A stretch of 64,000 bases of DNA from Candidatus Levyibacteriota bacterium. GTDB lineage: Bacteria > Patescibacteriota > Microgenomatia > Levybacterales > UBA12049. The notes beneath the pieces are model-generated. The model searched no databases and had not been told where the DNA came from. It saw only the letters and a list, made by a program, of their open reading frames with translations. Positions within the stretch are counted from its first letter, which is position 1, and the number at the start of each line of letters is the position of its first letter. Shown here piece after piece: positions 27,117 to 36,665 of the stretch. The stretch spans positions 69,416-133,415 of the forward strand of contig JACROF010000002.1 in assembly GCA_016214555.1 (NCBI GenBank), read 5' to 3'. The translations under genes and the position numbers were made by a program.

Positions 27117-28250
27117 GATTGCAAATGCACCAGGAGACCTGCCGGATCTCAGTCTTAACAGCACACCGAAAAATAACATCAAGAGATTTCCAAGAATGGC
27201 AAGTAATATCCAAGGATTTCCTGTTGCTGGCAACACCTCGCCTGTTGTTGTACCGAGTACAGAATTAGATGTCCCACCACCATTTCCACCTGATGATGGA
27301 GGGTTACCACCATTTCCTGAAGGTGGAGGTGGGGGAGGAGGATTGCATCCATCTCCTTCACATGGTGGTGGAGGAGGTGGTTCTTTGCATCCACAATCCA
27401 CAGTAACTTCACTCTGATTTGCTTGGTTGTCGACATCGATTGAGACATGAATATCACCAGTTTTTATCGCGACATCTCCATTGTTACCATTTGCGTTATT
27501 ATTCCCAGTGATCAAATTCCAAATGCTGTGATTAAAGATGTCTGAAACATTTGAAATAGCAATCGTAGTGCTGGTGTCTTCTCTTAGAGTTATGGTGTTA
27601 ACACTGCCTTCACCATTTCCTGAAATTTTGATTTGAAATCCACCGTTTCCACCTGTTAAAGCGTTAACAATTGCGAGATTTGTTTTATTTTTGATGCTTT
27701 CTTCTACAGTAATATTTCCTGTTGTGATTGCTACATTTCCGTTGTTATTGTTAGCGTTATTGTTACCTGTAATAGCTGTTCCAGATATGTTATTTGTGAT
27801 AGTTGCTTGCTGATTAATACTTATTGCGCTTGTAGTAATACTTGTATAACCAACAGTGTTTATGGAGTTAGCGCCATTTCCAGAAATGATAGCCTGACTG
27901 TCATGATTGTCGCAACATGCACCAGCTGTTATGTCACTATTATTCATACTGTTAGCGATGGTTGTGTCTGTACTGATATTTCCCGTGGTAACAGCGGTAT
28001 CTCCTCCAGTATTGTTACTTGCTGAATTGTCTCCTGTGTTAGCCAAGACATTTACATCATTGTTAACCTCAGCATTATTTTCCTGAGAAACATGTACATC
28101 ATGGGACTGACTTATAGATACATCACTCGAAGATCCATCGCCATTACCAGTAATTGTCAGCGTCTCTGCATGAGCAGTACTCACTGCAAAAGGCAGGAGA
28201 GTCGCACTAAAAACGGTCAAAATAATTTTATCTTTTTTCATCACTAACAT
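27114..28250 (-). CDS. secreted repeat-family protein with PPPPPP linker and C-terminal LPATG sorting signal
   Basis: Signal peptide, repeat modules (NTGGDTAVTTGN..., AGACCDNHD) and two Pro-rich runs. The C-terminus has VLPATG, a hydrophobic stretch and RLRSGR, the classic sortase substrate signature. Confidence 0.65.
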   Translation of the reverse strand: MLVMKKDKIILTVFSATLLPFAVSTAHAETLTITGNGDGSSSDVSISQSHDVHVSQENNAEVNNDVNVLANTGDNSASNNTGGDTAVTTGNISTDTTIANSMNNSDITAGACCDNHDSQAIISGNGANSINTVGYTSITTSAISINQQATITNNISGTAITGNNNANNNNGNVAITTGNITVEESIKNKTNLAIVNALTGGNGGFQIKISGNGEGSVNTITLREDTSTTIAISNVSDIFNHSIWNLITGNNNANGNNGDVAIKTGDIHVSIDVDNQANQSEVTVDCGCKEPPPPPPCEGDGCNPPPPPPPSGNGGNPPSSGGNGGGTSNSVLGTTTGEVLPATGNPWILLAILGNLLMLFFGVLLRLRSGRSPGAFAI

Positions 28251-28290
28251 AATGTATGTTTGGGGGCAGAGGACTATTTGGTTGGCAGAC

Positions 28291-30534
28291 CTAGACTAAT
28301 TTGCGGGCAAGTAATTTTTTCCTTTTCACAATAATTATTCCAACAATTGGTAGCACAAGTAGTAGCCATGCAAGATTGATGCTCATAGCTCCTTTTGCTG
28401 TATCTGCTCCAAGAACTGATGTATCAAGACTCGCACCTTTGACCAAAGAGCTATTTTCATCCTCAGTACTACCAGATCCAACAGATCCTGCACTTGCATG
28501 TGATCCTCCTGATGTTACCTCAGTTGTACCATTGCTATTACTTTTAGTAGATGAGCCTGTTGACTTTGTATTTGATGACTGGTTGCTGGATTTATTCGAG
28601 CCGTTATCATCGTCATGACTGTCTGTTGTGTTACTTGCAGCACTTTCAGTATGAGTATCAAGAGCTGTCTTCTCCTCTTTCTTCTGACCAGGAGAGACAA
28701 AATCTCCAAGCCAAGTTCCAAATACATTAACAACGGTGACAAAAACTTTTCCATTTCCTTTAATATTGTTGTTAACAAAATTGATCATGTTAGCTACGAT
28801 TGTAGCGTCTCCTGTTTTAATATTTGAGTTGCCACCAGTATTGTCACTTGTTGCATTGTTGCCAGTATTTGCAGACAAATTAAGAGTATTATTGATGTCT
28901 GCATTGTTGGTTTGATTTGTAGTATTAGTATTTGTTGTCGATACAGCTGTATCGTTGGTACTATTGGTTCCATTTTTGTTATTTTTTGCTGTGACGTATC
29001 CATTTTCATCGACTTCGAAGTCTGATCCCTCTGATCCTGCAAAGAACGCGTCATCTGGAGCACCCATGATTTTCCCAATCCATCCCTTTGTAACATCATT
29101 AACTAACACAATCCACCAATTTCCACCGACAATATTGTTGTTGGCTATATTAAGGAGATTGACATCAATCGTTGTGTCACCAGTGCTGATTGAAGAATCT
29201 CCGCCTGTGTTTCGACTGGCTGTGTTGTCTCCAGTATTAGCATCAAAGACAAGGTCATTTGTGATATCTGCTGTGTTTGATTGAAACGTATTATCAGTAT
29301 CAACGATGTCTATGTCTGAAGTGTTGGTACTATTACTTCCGTTGCCTGTATTGGTAGCTGCGACATTTCCTCCGCAGCACGCATTCAACTGATCCTCAGG
29401 AAATATGATATCTCCAATAAAATAAAAAAAAATGTTGACAATGCCATAGATGACATTCCCAGCTATATTATTGTTAGCAAAGGTTACAATATTTGCTGCA
29501 ACATTCGCATCGCCGGTTGTGATGCTTGAGTCCCCACCGGTATTTCGACTTGCAGTATTATTTCCAGTATCAGCAGACAGTACGAGATCATTTCCAATTT
29601 GAGCATCGTTTTCTTGTGTTGTTGTAGTTGTATTTGTGGTATCAACACTACCTTGATTGGTTGAATTTGATCCATTTGCCGTATTTGCAACATTTGTTGT
29701 GCCTCCGCATCCTACAATACAGTTGGCAGCAAAATCCAGAACAACATCTCCAATCTGATCATCAAGAACATTAAACTCAGAGACCATTACTCCTTCTGCA
29801 TTCGTATTCACCATAGTAATTACCGTTCCTGTTGAATTTGCATCACCTGTCTTAATGGATGCATCTCCTACATTGTCTGATGCTGTGTTGTCGCCAGTAA
29901 CCGTTGATGAGTTGAGGTTGGTATTTACTGATGCGCTATTTGTTTGAGTCGTATTATTATTGTTGTCAACAACAGCTGAACCACTGTTGGTCGATCCTGT
30001 ACCATTTGCGGTATTTGCAACTACAGCACCACTACCACCTGAACCTGCTCCGACTCCAGCGAGGTTGTTGTTGCCACTATTCACAACGCTTGTCGTACTT
30101 GCAGCATCGCCTGTATCTATTTCAATATCACCAACACCATCTGGTGTCGAATCCGAAGTTTGAGAAAGATTTGTTGGAGTTGGGGTAGGGGAAACTCTAT
30201 TTCTTTCAGGTGGAGTAATGCCCTGACTGATCAAATAAGCATCAACTTGATCTTGAATTTCCTTCTGAAGCTGCTCTCTGTATAGTCTTGCTGCCTTGTC
30301 TGTTTCATCCTCAACATAAGGAGTTGGAGTGGGGGTAGGAGTTGCCTGCTCTTGAGTTGGAGTAGGCTCAGTTGTTTGAGATGCCTCCTGAGTCTGCTCG
30401 CCTGGCGTCGTTTGTTCTGTTGTTGTACTACCTTGATCTACTACTTCGTCAGCATACACAGCCGGTGCGACCTGTGTCGCAACTTGTATAGTCAAGAGTG
30501 TGATTACTAATAATTTTTTAATTATATTTGTCAT
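28291..30534 (-). CDS. large secreted repeat-family protein (747 aa, 4 modules) with C-terminal TM anchor
   Basis: Signal peptide, PT-rich linker, four modules (NTASRNTGGDSSITTGDANVAANIV...), CC/CGG spacers (NACCGG, CIVGCGG), and a C-terminal hydrophobic segment plus a KRKK tail. Confidence 0.65.
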   Translation of the reverse strand: MTNIIKKLLVITLLTIQVATQVAPAVYADEVVDQGSTTTEQTTPGEQTQEASQTTEPTPTQEQATPTPTPTPYVEDETDKAARLYREQLQKEIQDQVDAYLISQGITPPERNRVSPTPTPTNLSQTSDSTPDGVGDIEIDTGDAASTTSVVNSGNNNLAGVGAGSGGSGAVVANTANGTGSTNSGSAVVDNNNNTTQTNSASVNTNLNSSTVTGDNTASDNVGDASIKTGDANSTGTVITMVNTNAEGVMVSEFNVLDDQIGDVVLDFAANCIVGCGGTTNVANTANGSNSTNQGSVDTTNTTTTTQENDAQIGNDLVLSADTGNNTASRNTGGDSSITTGDANVAANIVTFANNNIAGNVIYGIVNIFFYFIGDIIFPEDQLNACCGGNVAATNTGNGSNSTNTSDIDIVDTDNTFQSNTADITNDLVFDANTGDNTASRNTGGDSSISTGDTTIDVNLLNIANNNIVGGNWWIVLVNDVTKGWIGKIMGAPDDAFFAGSEGSDFEVDENGYVTAKNNKNGTNSTNDTAVSTTNTNTTNQTNNADINNTLNLSANTGNNATSDNTGGNSNIKTGDATIVANMINFVNNNIKGNGKVFVTVVNVFGTWLGDFVSPGQKKEEKTALDTHTESAASNTTDSHDDDNGSNKSSNQSSNTKSTGSSTKSNSNGTTEVTSGGSHASAGSVGSGSTEDENSSLVKGASLDTSVLGADTAKGAMSINLAWLLLVLPIVGIIIVKRKKLLARKLV

Positions 30535-30621
30535 ATTTGTTAATTGTTAATTTTCTATTCTCCTTGTATTCGTGGGGCTTACGGAAGTGCTCGTAACACC
30601 CCACGAATCAAGAGAGTTTGA

Positions 30622-31854
30622 TTAGTTGTGGCTTAGTAGCCAATCAACCAAATCTCCAAGATCAAAAGAAAGATCTAAGTGGAGATCGCTAAGATCAACA
30701 TCAGCATCTGGACCATAAAGGTTCATATTGCCGGTGTTTGAAGCATCTACGTTTACATCAGATTCACCAGTTGTGATGGAAGGATCAGATCCTGCCCAAC
30801 CTGTGTTATCGTCTGCATCGTTGTCGCCTGTATCACTATCTGCGTCGACATCATTGTCAACATCAGCATCGTTGTCCTGATCTACATCGAGATCTGCATC
30901 ACTTTCGTAATCGATTTCGTTGTCTGAATCAGTACCGTTACCTGCGATTTTTGCTTCTAGATCTGATAGACAGCCACAAGCTTCTACATCTGCTGCGTTG
31001 AAGTTAGCCATATTGTCTAACGTTACATCAACATTTGAGTCGCCTGTTTCGATAGAAACATCTCCGCCGGTGTTATCCTCTGCGTCGTTGTCTCCAGTAT
31101 CAGAGTCGACGTCGACATCATTGTCGAAGTCTGCATCGTTGTCTTGATCGACATCGACATCACTGTCGAAGTCTAGATCAATATCATTATCTGAATCTGA
31201 TCCATTACCAAGAATCTTTGCACTGAGTGAGCCGCCATCACCAGAGCCACCACCAACAGTTGCACTGTTAGAGTTAGCCTGATTTTTGATCATTACGTTA
31301 ACTTTACTGTCGCCTGTTTTTACCTCGACATCTCCGCCGGTGTTGTCATCAGCATCGTTGTCTCCAGTTTCAGAATCGACATCGACATCGTTATCGAAGT
31401 CTGCATCGTTGTCTTGATCGACATCAACGTCAGTATCGTAATCGAGATCTACATCATTATCTGAATCAGTACCATTACCTGATACCTCAACTGTCGTGTT
31501 ACCATTTTGGCAACATGGGTCTACGTTAGCGTAATTAGCATTTGCTTTGTTTTTGATTGTTACATCAACATTTGAATCACCGGTTTCGACTTTTACATCT
31601 CCACCTGTGTTATCACTTGCAGAGTTGCCACCAGTACTTGAATCGACATCAATATCATTATCGAAGTCTGCATCGTTGTTCTGATTTACGTCAACATCTG
31701 TGTCATGATCGACATTGATACTACTATCACTATTAGAACCGTTTCCGGTAATAGTAAATGATTGAGTAGAAGCGAATGTCATTCCTGCTAGTGCGTGGAG
31801 TAAGACTGATCCGGTTGCAATAGCTGTTGTAATTCGTGTTTTATAGTTTGTCAT
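30622..31854 (-). CDS. secreted Asp-rich repeat-family protein (410 aa, 4 modules)
   Basis: Signal peptide and modules of the form ITGNGSNSDSS..DVDVDQDNDADFDNDVDVDSxTGDNDADDNTGGDVxVxTGDSxVNV, separated by PCCQNG / ACGCLS. Confidence 0.65.
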   Translation of the reverse strand: MTNYKTRITTAIATGSVLLHALAGMTFASTQSFTITGNGSNSDSSINVDHDTDVDVNQNNDADFDNDIDVDSSTGGNSASDNTGGDVKVETGDSNVDVTIKNKANANYANVDPCCQNGNTTVEVSGNGTDSDNDVDLDYDTDVDVDQDNDADFDNDVDVDSETGDNDADDNTGGDVEVKTGDSKVNVMIKNQANSNSATVGGGSGDGGSLSAKILGNGSDSDNDIDLDFDSDVDVDQDNDADFDNDVDVDSDTGDNDAEDNTGGDVSIETGDSNVDVTLDNMANFNAADVEACGCLSDLEAKIAGNGTDSDNEIDYESDADLDVDQDNDADVDNDVDADSDTGDNDADDNTGWAGSDPSITTGESDVNVDASNTGNMNLYGPDADVDLSDLHLDLSFDLGDLVDWLLSHN

Positions 31855-32165
31855 AATATATTCACCCCCTTTCTTGACGATAATTTCCAGACCACCTGGT
31901 CAAGAGCACTTCATCCCGCTTTATCTTGTCTACTGCCTGAGCTTTGACAAAAAAAACGGAAACTCCACAGCCTTAAAGACAATAAGGTTGCAAGGTTTCC
32001 GTTTTAAAAAGCATCTTTGTTACCATAATTTTGTAGTCGTAAGGTTTTGCAACAAAAAAAGCACCACACATAATTGTGAGGTGCCTCCGTGTACGGTCAG
32101 CAAGCCTTTGCGACGTTCGAATATTTTTCTGTTAACCAAACTATAGATGAGTACCTAAAGTCTTG

Positions 32166-32360
32166 TCAAGAGCCAATTTTCACAGTCCTTCCAAGAGAAG
32201 AATCTTGGTTAGTTTTTTTGATATTTCTTTCGGTGATTTGTACAACTTTATAATTTTGAACATAGATTTCAACACTACCCCAACCTCTCACATTTTTCAA
32301 TGCTTCTGTAACTTCATCAATGAGTTCTTTACTTACTTCTTTTGTTGAATAATCATTCAT
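32166..32360 (-). CDS. DUF2292 (YezD-like) small protein
   Basis: 64 aa. GWGSVEIYVQNYKVVQITERNIKKT resembles the YezD family. Confidence 0.5.
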   Translation of the reverse strand: MNDYSTKEVSKELIDEVTEALKNVRGWGSVEIYVQNYKVVQITERNIKKTNQDSSLGRTVKIGS

Positions 32361-32385
32361 AGCACTTCACCCAAACGGTAGATTA

Positions 32386-32985
32386 TTACTGCAGTTTTAA
32401 CTTGAATTCTTCCTTACTACCATTCAACTCTCCGATAAACAAGGTAAGATTTTTATCGTCTTCATTAATAGGGAATGCGAGCCGTGATTGTTTTGTTGAA
32501 TCAGGCTGAATCTCAACAGGGTCACTATGAATATCAGCTGCAAATTTGTCTTTTCCCCCATTAACAGTGAGTCTAATATAATCTCTTGCAGAAACCTGAA
32601 TGCTTGCTTTATAGGTATTAATAATTTTAAGTTTTATCACAAGAAATGTTCTTCCATCAACTGCTCGCGCTTTTTTTCCTTTGACAATAAGTTCATCTCG
32701 AATTTCTGCTGATTCGATTAAGTAACGAATTTTGCTCACTTCTTTGCCACTAGAATCTTTAAGGGGGAATCGAACTTCCTTGTTAATTTCCTGAGTTGCT
32801 TTTGCCTTTTGAAGAGTGATCTTCCCACCACTTGATAATGAATCTGAAAGTCCCGATGATTTTCTAAGAGCGAAAAAACCAAGAAGTAGTAATATAACTC
32901 CGACAATTACTGCAGGAATAAGCAAAGAGTTTTTAGAGAATTTTCGTGATGTAAATGATTTTCTGACACCGTCCATATTAATCAA
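32386..32985 (-). CDS. membrane-anchored DUF4352-like protein
   Basis: N-terminal TM plus a beta-rich domain (RTFLVIKLKIINTYKASIQVSARDYIRLTV). Confidence 0.45.
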   Translation of the reverse strand: MINMDGVRKSFTSRKFSKNSLLIPAVIVGVILLLLGFFALRKSSGLSDSLSSGGKITLQKAKATQEINKEVRFPLKDSSGKEVSKIRYLIESAEIRDELIVKGKKARAVDGRTFLVIKLKIINTYKASIQVSARDYIRLTVNGGKDKFAADIHSDPVEIQPDSTKQSRLAFPINEDDKNLTLFIGELNGSKEEFKLKLQ

Positions 32986-33074
32986 TAAAAAAGCCCTGTT
33001 GTGGCAGAGCAGATGAACAGGATAGTATCAAATAGTTTAAAATAATGTCAAGTGGCAATAACGATAAAAATCAA

Positions 33075-33428
33075 CTATTTATGGAGACGAGGGTGACGAA
33101 AGCGAAATCTATCAGGATATCGGAGCCCTTGAATAATACCACCAATTGATGCTCCAGCTGCTGCCTTTGCAGTGGTGTAATGCATAATATTATCATAAAG
33201 CAAAAGAGCTCCAACGACTATCACAGAAAGATAAAACCAGTGATGAAACCAAATTGTTTTGCTCTTGGTATGAATTCGTACACAAGGAAGGATTTCAATG
33301 TTTCTAAACTTCACATGGGGGAGTCGATTGGGAAGACTTCTCCCATTCTTCTTAACAGGCTTTGACACGTATACTGAAAGATAATAACCCACTAAAAGCG
33401 CAACGGCAAAAAGTAAGAGTGATTGCAT
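33075..33428 (-). CDS. hypothetical membrane protein (117 aa)
   Basis: Three predicted TM segments. Confidence 0.4.
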   Translation of the reverse strand: MQSLLLFAVALLVGYYLSVYVSKPVKKNGRSLPNRLPHVKFRNIEILPCVRIHTKSKTIWFHHWFYLSVIVVGALLLYDNIMHYTTAKAAAGASIGGIIQGLRYPDRFRFRHPRLHK

Positions 33429-33500
33429 ATAAGATAAAAATCAATGATTCCAAATTCATCGTAGAAAATTCAGACACTCTTGTCAAGTCTTATAATTTTC

Positions 33501-34211
33501 TTACTTGTTTCTAATGACTTTTTGCTTAACAGGTGGTGGCCGTCTCAGCCAAATCGTATACACATATCCCAAACCATACTCATAGATTGTTTTAAGAAGG
33601 CCAGATTTAAACCTTCTCATATTAGGAACAACGACCATATCTCTGATAAAAACAACTTTCCCCAACTCTTTCAACCGCAGTCCCACTTCAACATCAGGAC
33701 TCATAGTATACCTCTCATTCATTCCTCCTATTTTTTCGAATGTGTCTTTTCTCACAGCAAAATTAAATCCAATAAGGTGAGGCTTAGCAATTTTTTCGTG
33801 TATGATAAGAAATACGTTGTAGAAAAAACTTCCCAGTATGCGGTAAAGAAGTGGCCCTTCTAGCTTAATCGATCCTGTGGCACCAACAATTCTATTGTCT
33901 TCAAATCTTTTTCTTATACTGGCAACCCAATTTGATAAGACAGTAGTGTCCGCATCTGTCATAGCGATAACATCAGACTTTGCCTCATGCATACCTGCAT
34001 TTAATGCAAAAACAACACCTTGTCGTTCTTCTTTAATAACTTTTGCTCCGTACTTTTTAGCAATTGCTGCAGTTTGATCGGTTGAATTATTGTCGACGAC
34101 AATGACAGAAAAATCTTTGTCTGTTTGGTTTTCTAGACTCTCTAGCGTCTTTGGAAGATACTTTTCTTCGTTATAAGCAGCAATCACAACACAGATAGTT
34201 GGTGTAGTCAT
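33501..34211 (-). CDS. family 2 glycosyltransferase
   Basis: ICVVIAAYNEE...VIVVDNNSTDQT...DADT (DxD) pattern. Confidence 0.8.
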   Translation of the reverse strand: MTTPTICVVIAAYNEEKYLPKTLESLENQTDKDFSVIVVDNNSTDQTAAIAKKYGAKVIKEERQGVVFALNAGMHEAKSDVIAMTDADTTVLSNWVASIRKRFEDNRIVGATGSIKLEGPLLYRILGSFFYNVFLIIHEKIAKPHLIGFNFAVRKDTFEKIGGMNERYTMSPDVEVGLRLKELGKVVFIRDMVVVPNMRRFKSGLLKTIYEYGLGYVYTIWLRRPPPVKQKVIRNK

Positions 34212-34240
34212 GTAGTAATTATAGTGGAAATAACAATGAA

Positions 34241-35479
34241 TTACTCAAATATTTTATTAAGGAGTTCTGTTGCCCTGTACAGCCTCTTAAGAGTTGCTTT
34301 GTTAATATTGCGGATACGAAACCTACCACTATTTTTTTTAAGAAGTACTCTTTTATACACCTCAAGAGTTTCGTTGGCTAACGCTGTTGGCAAAAAATTT
34401 GCTCTTATAAGCTCACGTGATTTTTTTGAAAAGTTTTCTCTTTTTTTTGCATCATCAAGAAGTTCAAGCACCTTTTGAGCAAATAGCATAGGCTTATGAC
34501 TGACCATATAGCCATTTTCTCCATCTATGATGCAGCCAGCATATGCATCATCTTTCACCACCACAAAAGGTAATCCAGCAGCAGCAGCTTCAAGCACAAC
34601 TATACCTTGCGTCTCTGTCCGTGATGAATAAACAAAAATCTCTGCATCAGCATACACTGATGGTATTTCCTTAGGATGAACTTTCCCTGGAAAATGGACC
34701 CTACCCCCAAGCCCAAGTTTTTTAACCAGAGACTTAAGCGATTTGGCCTCCTCGCCATCTCCAACCATAACAAGATGAACGTTGGGATTCTGGTTTGCTA
34801 TAACTTTAAAAGATCTAAGTAGAAATGAACAGTCTTTTTCTTTTCCAAGTCTCCCTACGCTAAGAAGAATGGGGGAGGAAGGAGGAATATTGCATAAATC
34901 ATGTAAATAATTTTTTTTAGCGCTTCTAAATCGTGCTGTATAAATAAAATTTGAAATGACCGTAATTGGCTTAGTAACACCGTAGGACTTAAGATCTTTT
35001 TTCATTTTGAGTGAGGGTGTGATGACCTCATCACACATATTGCTAATAACACGAAGTCCTGTTGCAGCAATACGAGGGGTAATCAATTTTCCATTAAATA
35101 CATAGTGCGTGTAGCGCGTATGTTGCGTATGCACAGTCAGGACATAAGGAATGCCCTTGAGCTTAGCAACTTGATATCCTAAAAAGGAAAAGAAGCCATT
35201 ACCGTGGGCATGTACGATATCAAAATCTCTTGGACTGATTTCCTTAAAAAGGTTGTGAGGGAGAACAAAAGGCATATGAACTTCAGGTTCGGTCGACAGT
35301 AACTTTACAGCACTTAGTCTATATACATCCTTTTCTGTGTCTTTGTACCCGTCAAATTTCGGCGCAAAAATATAAACAGTATGGCCATGCGACCTAAGCT
35401 CGTGAGCAAAATTTTCAACTGAAATAGTTACTCCGTTGAGCATGGGATAATAACTATCAGTAAAAAAGGCTATTTTCAT
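34241..35479 (-). CDS. family 4 glycosyltransferase (GT-B)
   Basis: MKIAFFTDSYYPMLNGV... N-terminal domain and an EAAAAGLPFV C-terminal domain (the E-x7-E region). Confidence 0.85.
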   Translation of the reverse strand: MKIAFFTDSYYPMLNGVTISVENFAHELRSHGHTVYIFAPKFDGYKDTEKDVYRLSAVKLLSTEPEVHMPFVLPHNLFKEISPRDFDIVHAHGNGFFSFLGYQVAKLKGIPYVLTVHTQHTRYTHYVFNGKLITPRIAATGLRVISNMCDEVITPSLKMKKDLKSYGVTKPITVISNFIYTARFRSAKKNYLHDLCNIPPSSPILLSVGRLGKEKDCSFLLRSFKVIANQNPNVHLVMVGDGEEAKSLKSLVKKLGLGGRVHFPGKVHPKEIPSVYADAEIFVYSSRTETQGIVVLEAAAAGLPFVVVKDDAYAGCIIDGENGYMVSHKPMLFAQKVLELLDDAKKRENFSKKSRELIRANFLPTALANETLEVYKRVLLKKNSGRFRIRNINKATLKRLYRATELLNKIFE

Positions 35480-35567
35480 ATATGCATTCTAACAAAATTC
35501 ATTGCTATTTCAAGTTAATCACCTTTCTATAAAAATATGCCATTTAATGGCGATCATATGATCTTTA

Positions 35568-36380
35568 TTGTACAATATACGCATGACATCTCCAAAAAAA
35601 TCTGTATTGATTACTGGTGCATCATCTGGCATAGGAAAAGAATTTGCAAGAGTTTTTGCAGAAAATGGATATGACCTACTACTAACAGGAAGAGCGGAAA
35701 GTGAGCTTAAAAAGATAGCATATGACATTCAGGAATCATACGGTGTCGAAGTGGCCATTAAAGCTATAGATCTTACCACAAATAACGCAGCAGAGAAGCT
35801 TTTTGATTGGGCAATCACCATCGAGCCTCGTATTACCTGCCTTGTCAATAATGCAGGAATTGGTAACTACGGTAAATTTAGTAAAATCCCCTGGGAAAAA
35901 GAAAACGAATTGCTACAGCTTAATATCACAGTCCTCACAAGGCTTTGTCATCTTTTTATCCCTTACTTTAAGGAGAAAAGGGAGGGTTACATCCTTAATG
36001 TAGCATCAATGGCTGGATTTCAACCTGGACCATATTTCTCAACGTACTATGCAAGTAAATCCTATGTGCTTCTTTTCACTGAGGCACTCGCATTGGAGCA
36101 CAAGAATGACAATATTCACATCAGCGCACTTTGCCCAGGACCTTCTCCAACAAATTTCTTCAAAAGAGCGAATTTCCCCAACTCTTCGTTTGTTCTGAAA
36201 TTCTCGATGCTTTCTCCAGCAAAAGTAGCAAGGATCGGATACAAAGGGCTCATGCAAGGAAAAACAATTATTATCCCCTCATTTAAATATCACGCAATTC
36301 CTTTAGGATCGAGATTTTTCCCAAGAAAAACTACGGCAAAAATCAGTAAGAAATTTGTGGAAATTGCCTCAAGAGGATAA
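35568..36380 (+). CDS. SDR-family oxidoreductase
   Basis: TGASSGIG cofactor motif, NNAG, and the YxxxK catalytic pair (YYASKSY). Confidence 0.85.
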   Translation: MYNIRMTSPKKSVLITGASSGIGKEFARVFAENGYDLLLTGRAESELKKIAYDIQESYGVEVAIKAIDLTTNNAAEKLFDWAITIEPRITCLVNNAGIGNYGKFSKIPWEKENELLQLNITVLTRLCHLFIPYFKEKREGYILNVASMAGFQPGPYFSTYYASKSYVLLFTEALALEHKNDNIHISALCPGPSPTNFFKRANFPNSSFVLKFSMLSPAKVARIGYKGLMQGKTIIIPSFKYHAIPLGSRFFPRKTTAKISKKFVEIASRG

Positions 36381-36382
36381 TA

Positions 36383-36628
36383 TTATCTTTCTTTTTTGTA
36401 AAAATACCAAAACAACCCAATAGGAAACACTGACAATAAAAGAGACAAGCCTGGTGTGTACTCAACTCCTGGCATAATGAATTTAAGATCTAATATATTT
36501 CCTAAATTCAGATATACATACTCTTTTGTTGTGAGAGCATAAATAGCAATAATGACTAGGTGAAAGGATGCCATCCAAAACAACATTTTTTGGAGTGCGG
36601 GGAAAAGAGCACTTTTACGTATTTTCAT
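36383..36628 (-). CDS. small membrane protein (hypothetical, 81 aa)
   Basis: Two predicted TM helices. Sits between glycosyltransferase genes. Confidence 0.4.
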   Translation of the reverse strand: MKIRKSALFPALQKMLFWMASFHLVIIAIYALTTKEYVYLNLGNILDLKFIMPGVEYTPGLSLLLSVFPIGLFWYFYKKER

Positions 36629-36665
36629 AATATTTATTCTAATAAAAAATTGCGCGTAAGTAAAA

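Noticed and set aside
27196-27417. Plus-strand Gly/Pro-rich ORF.
   Set aside because: It is the antisense reading of the PPPPPP/GGNGG linker of the 27114-28250 minus-strand gene.
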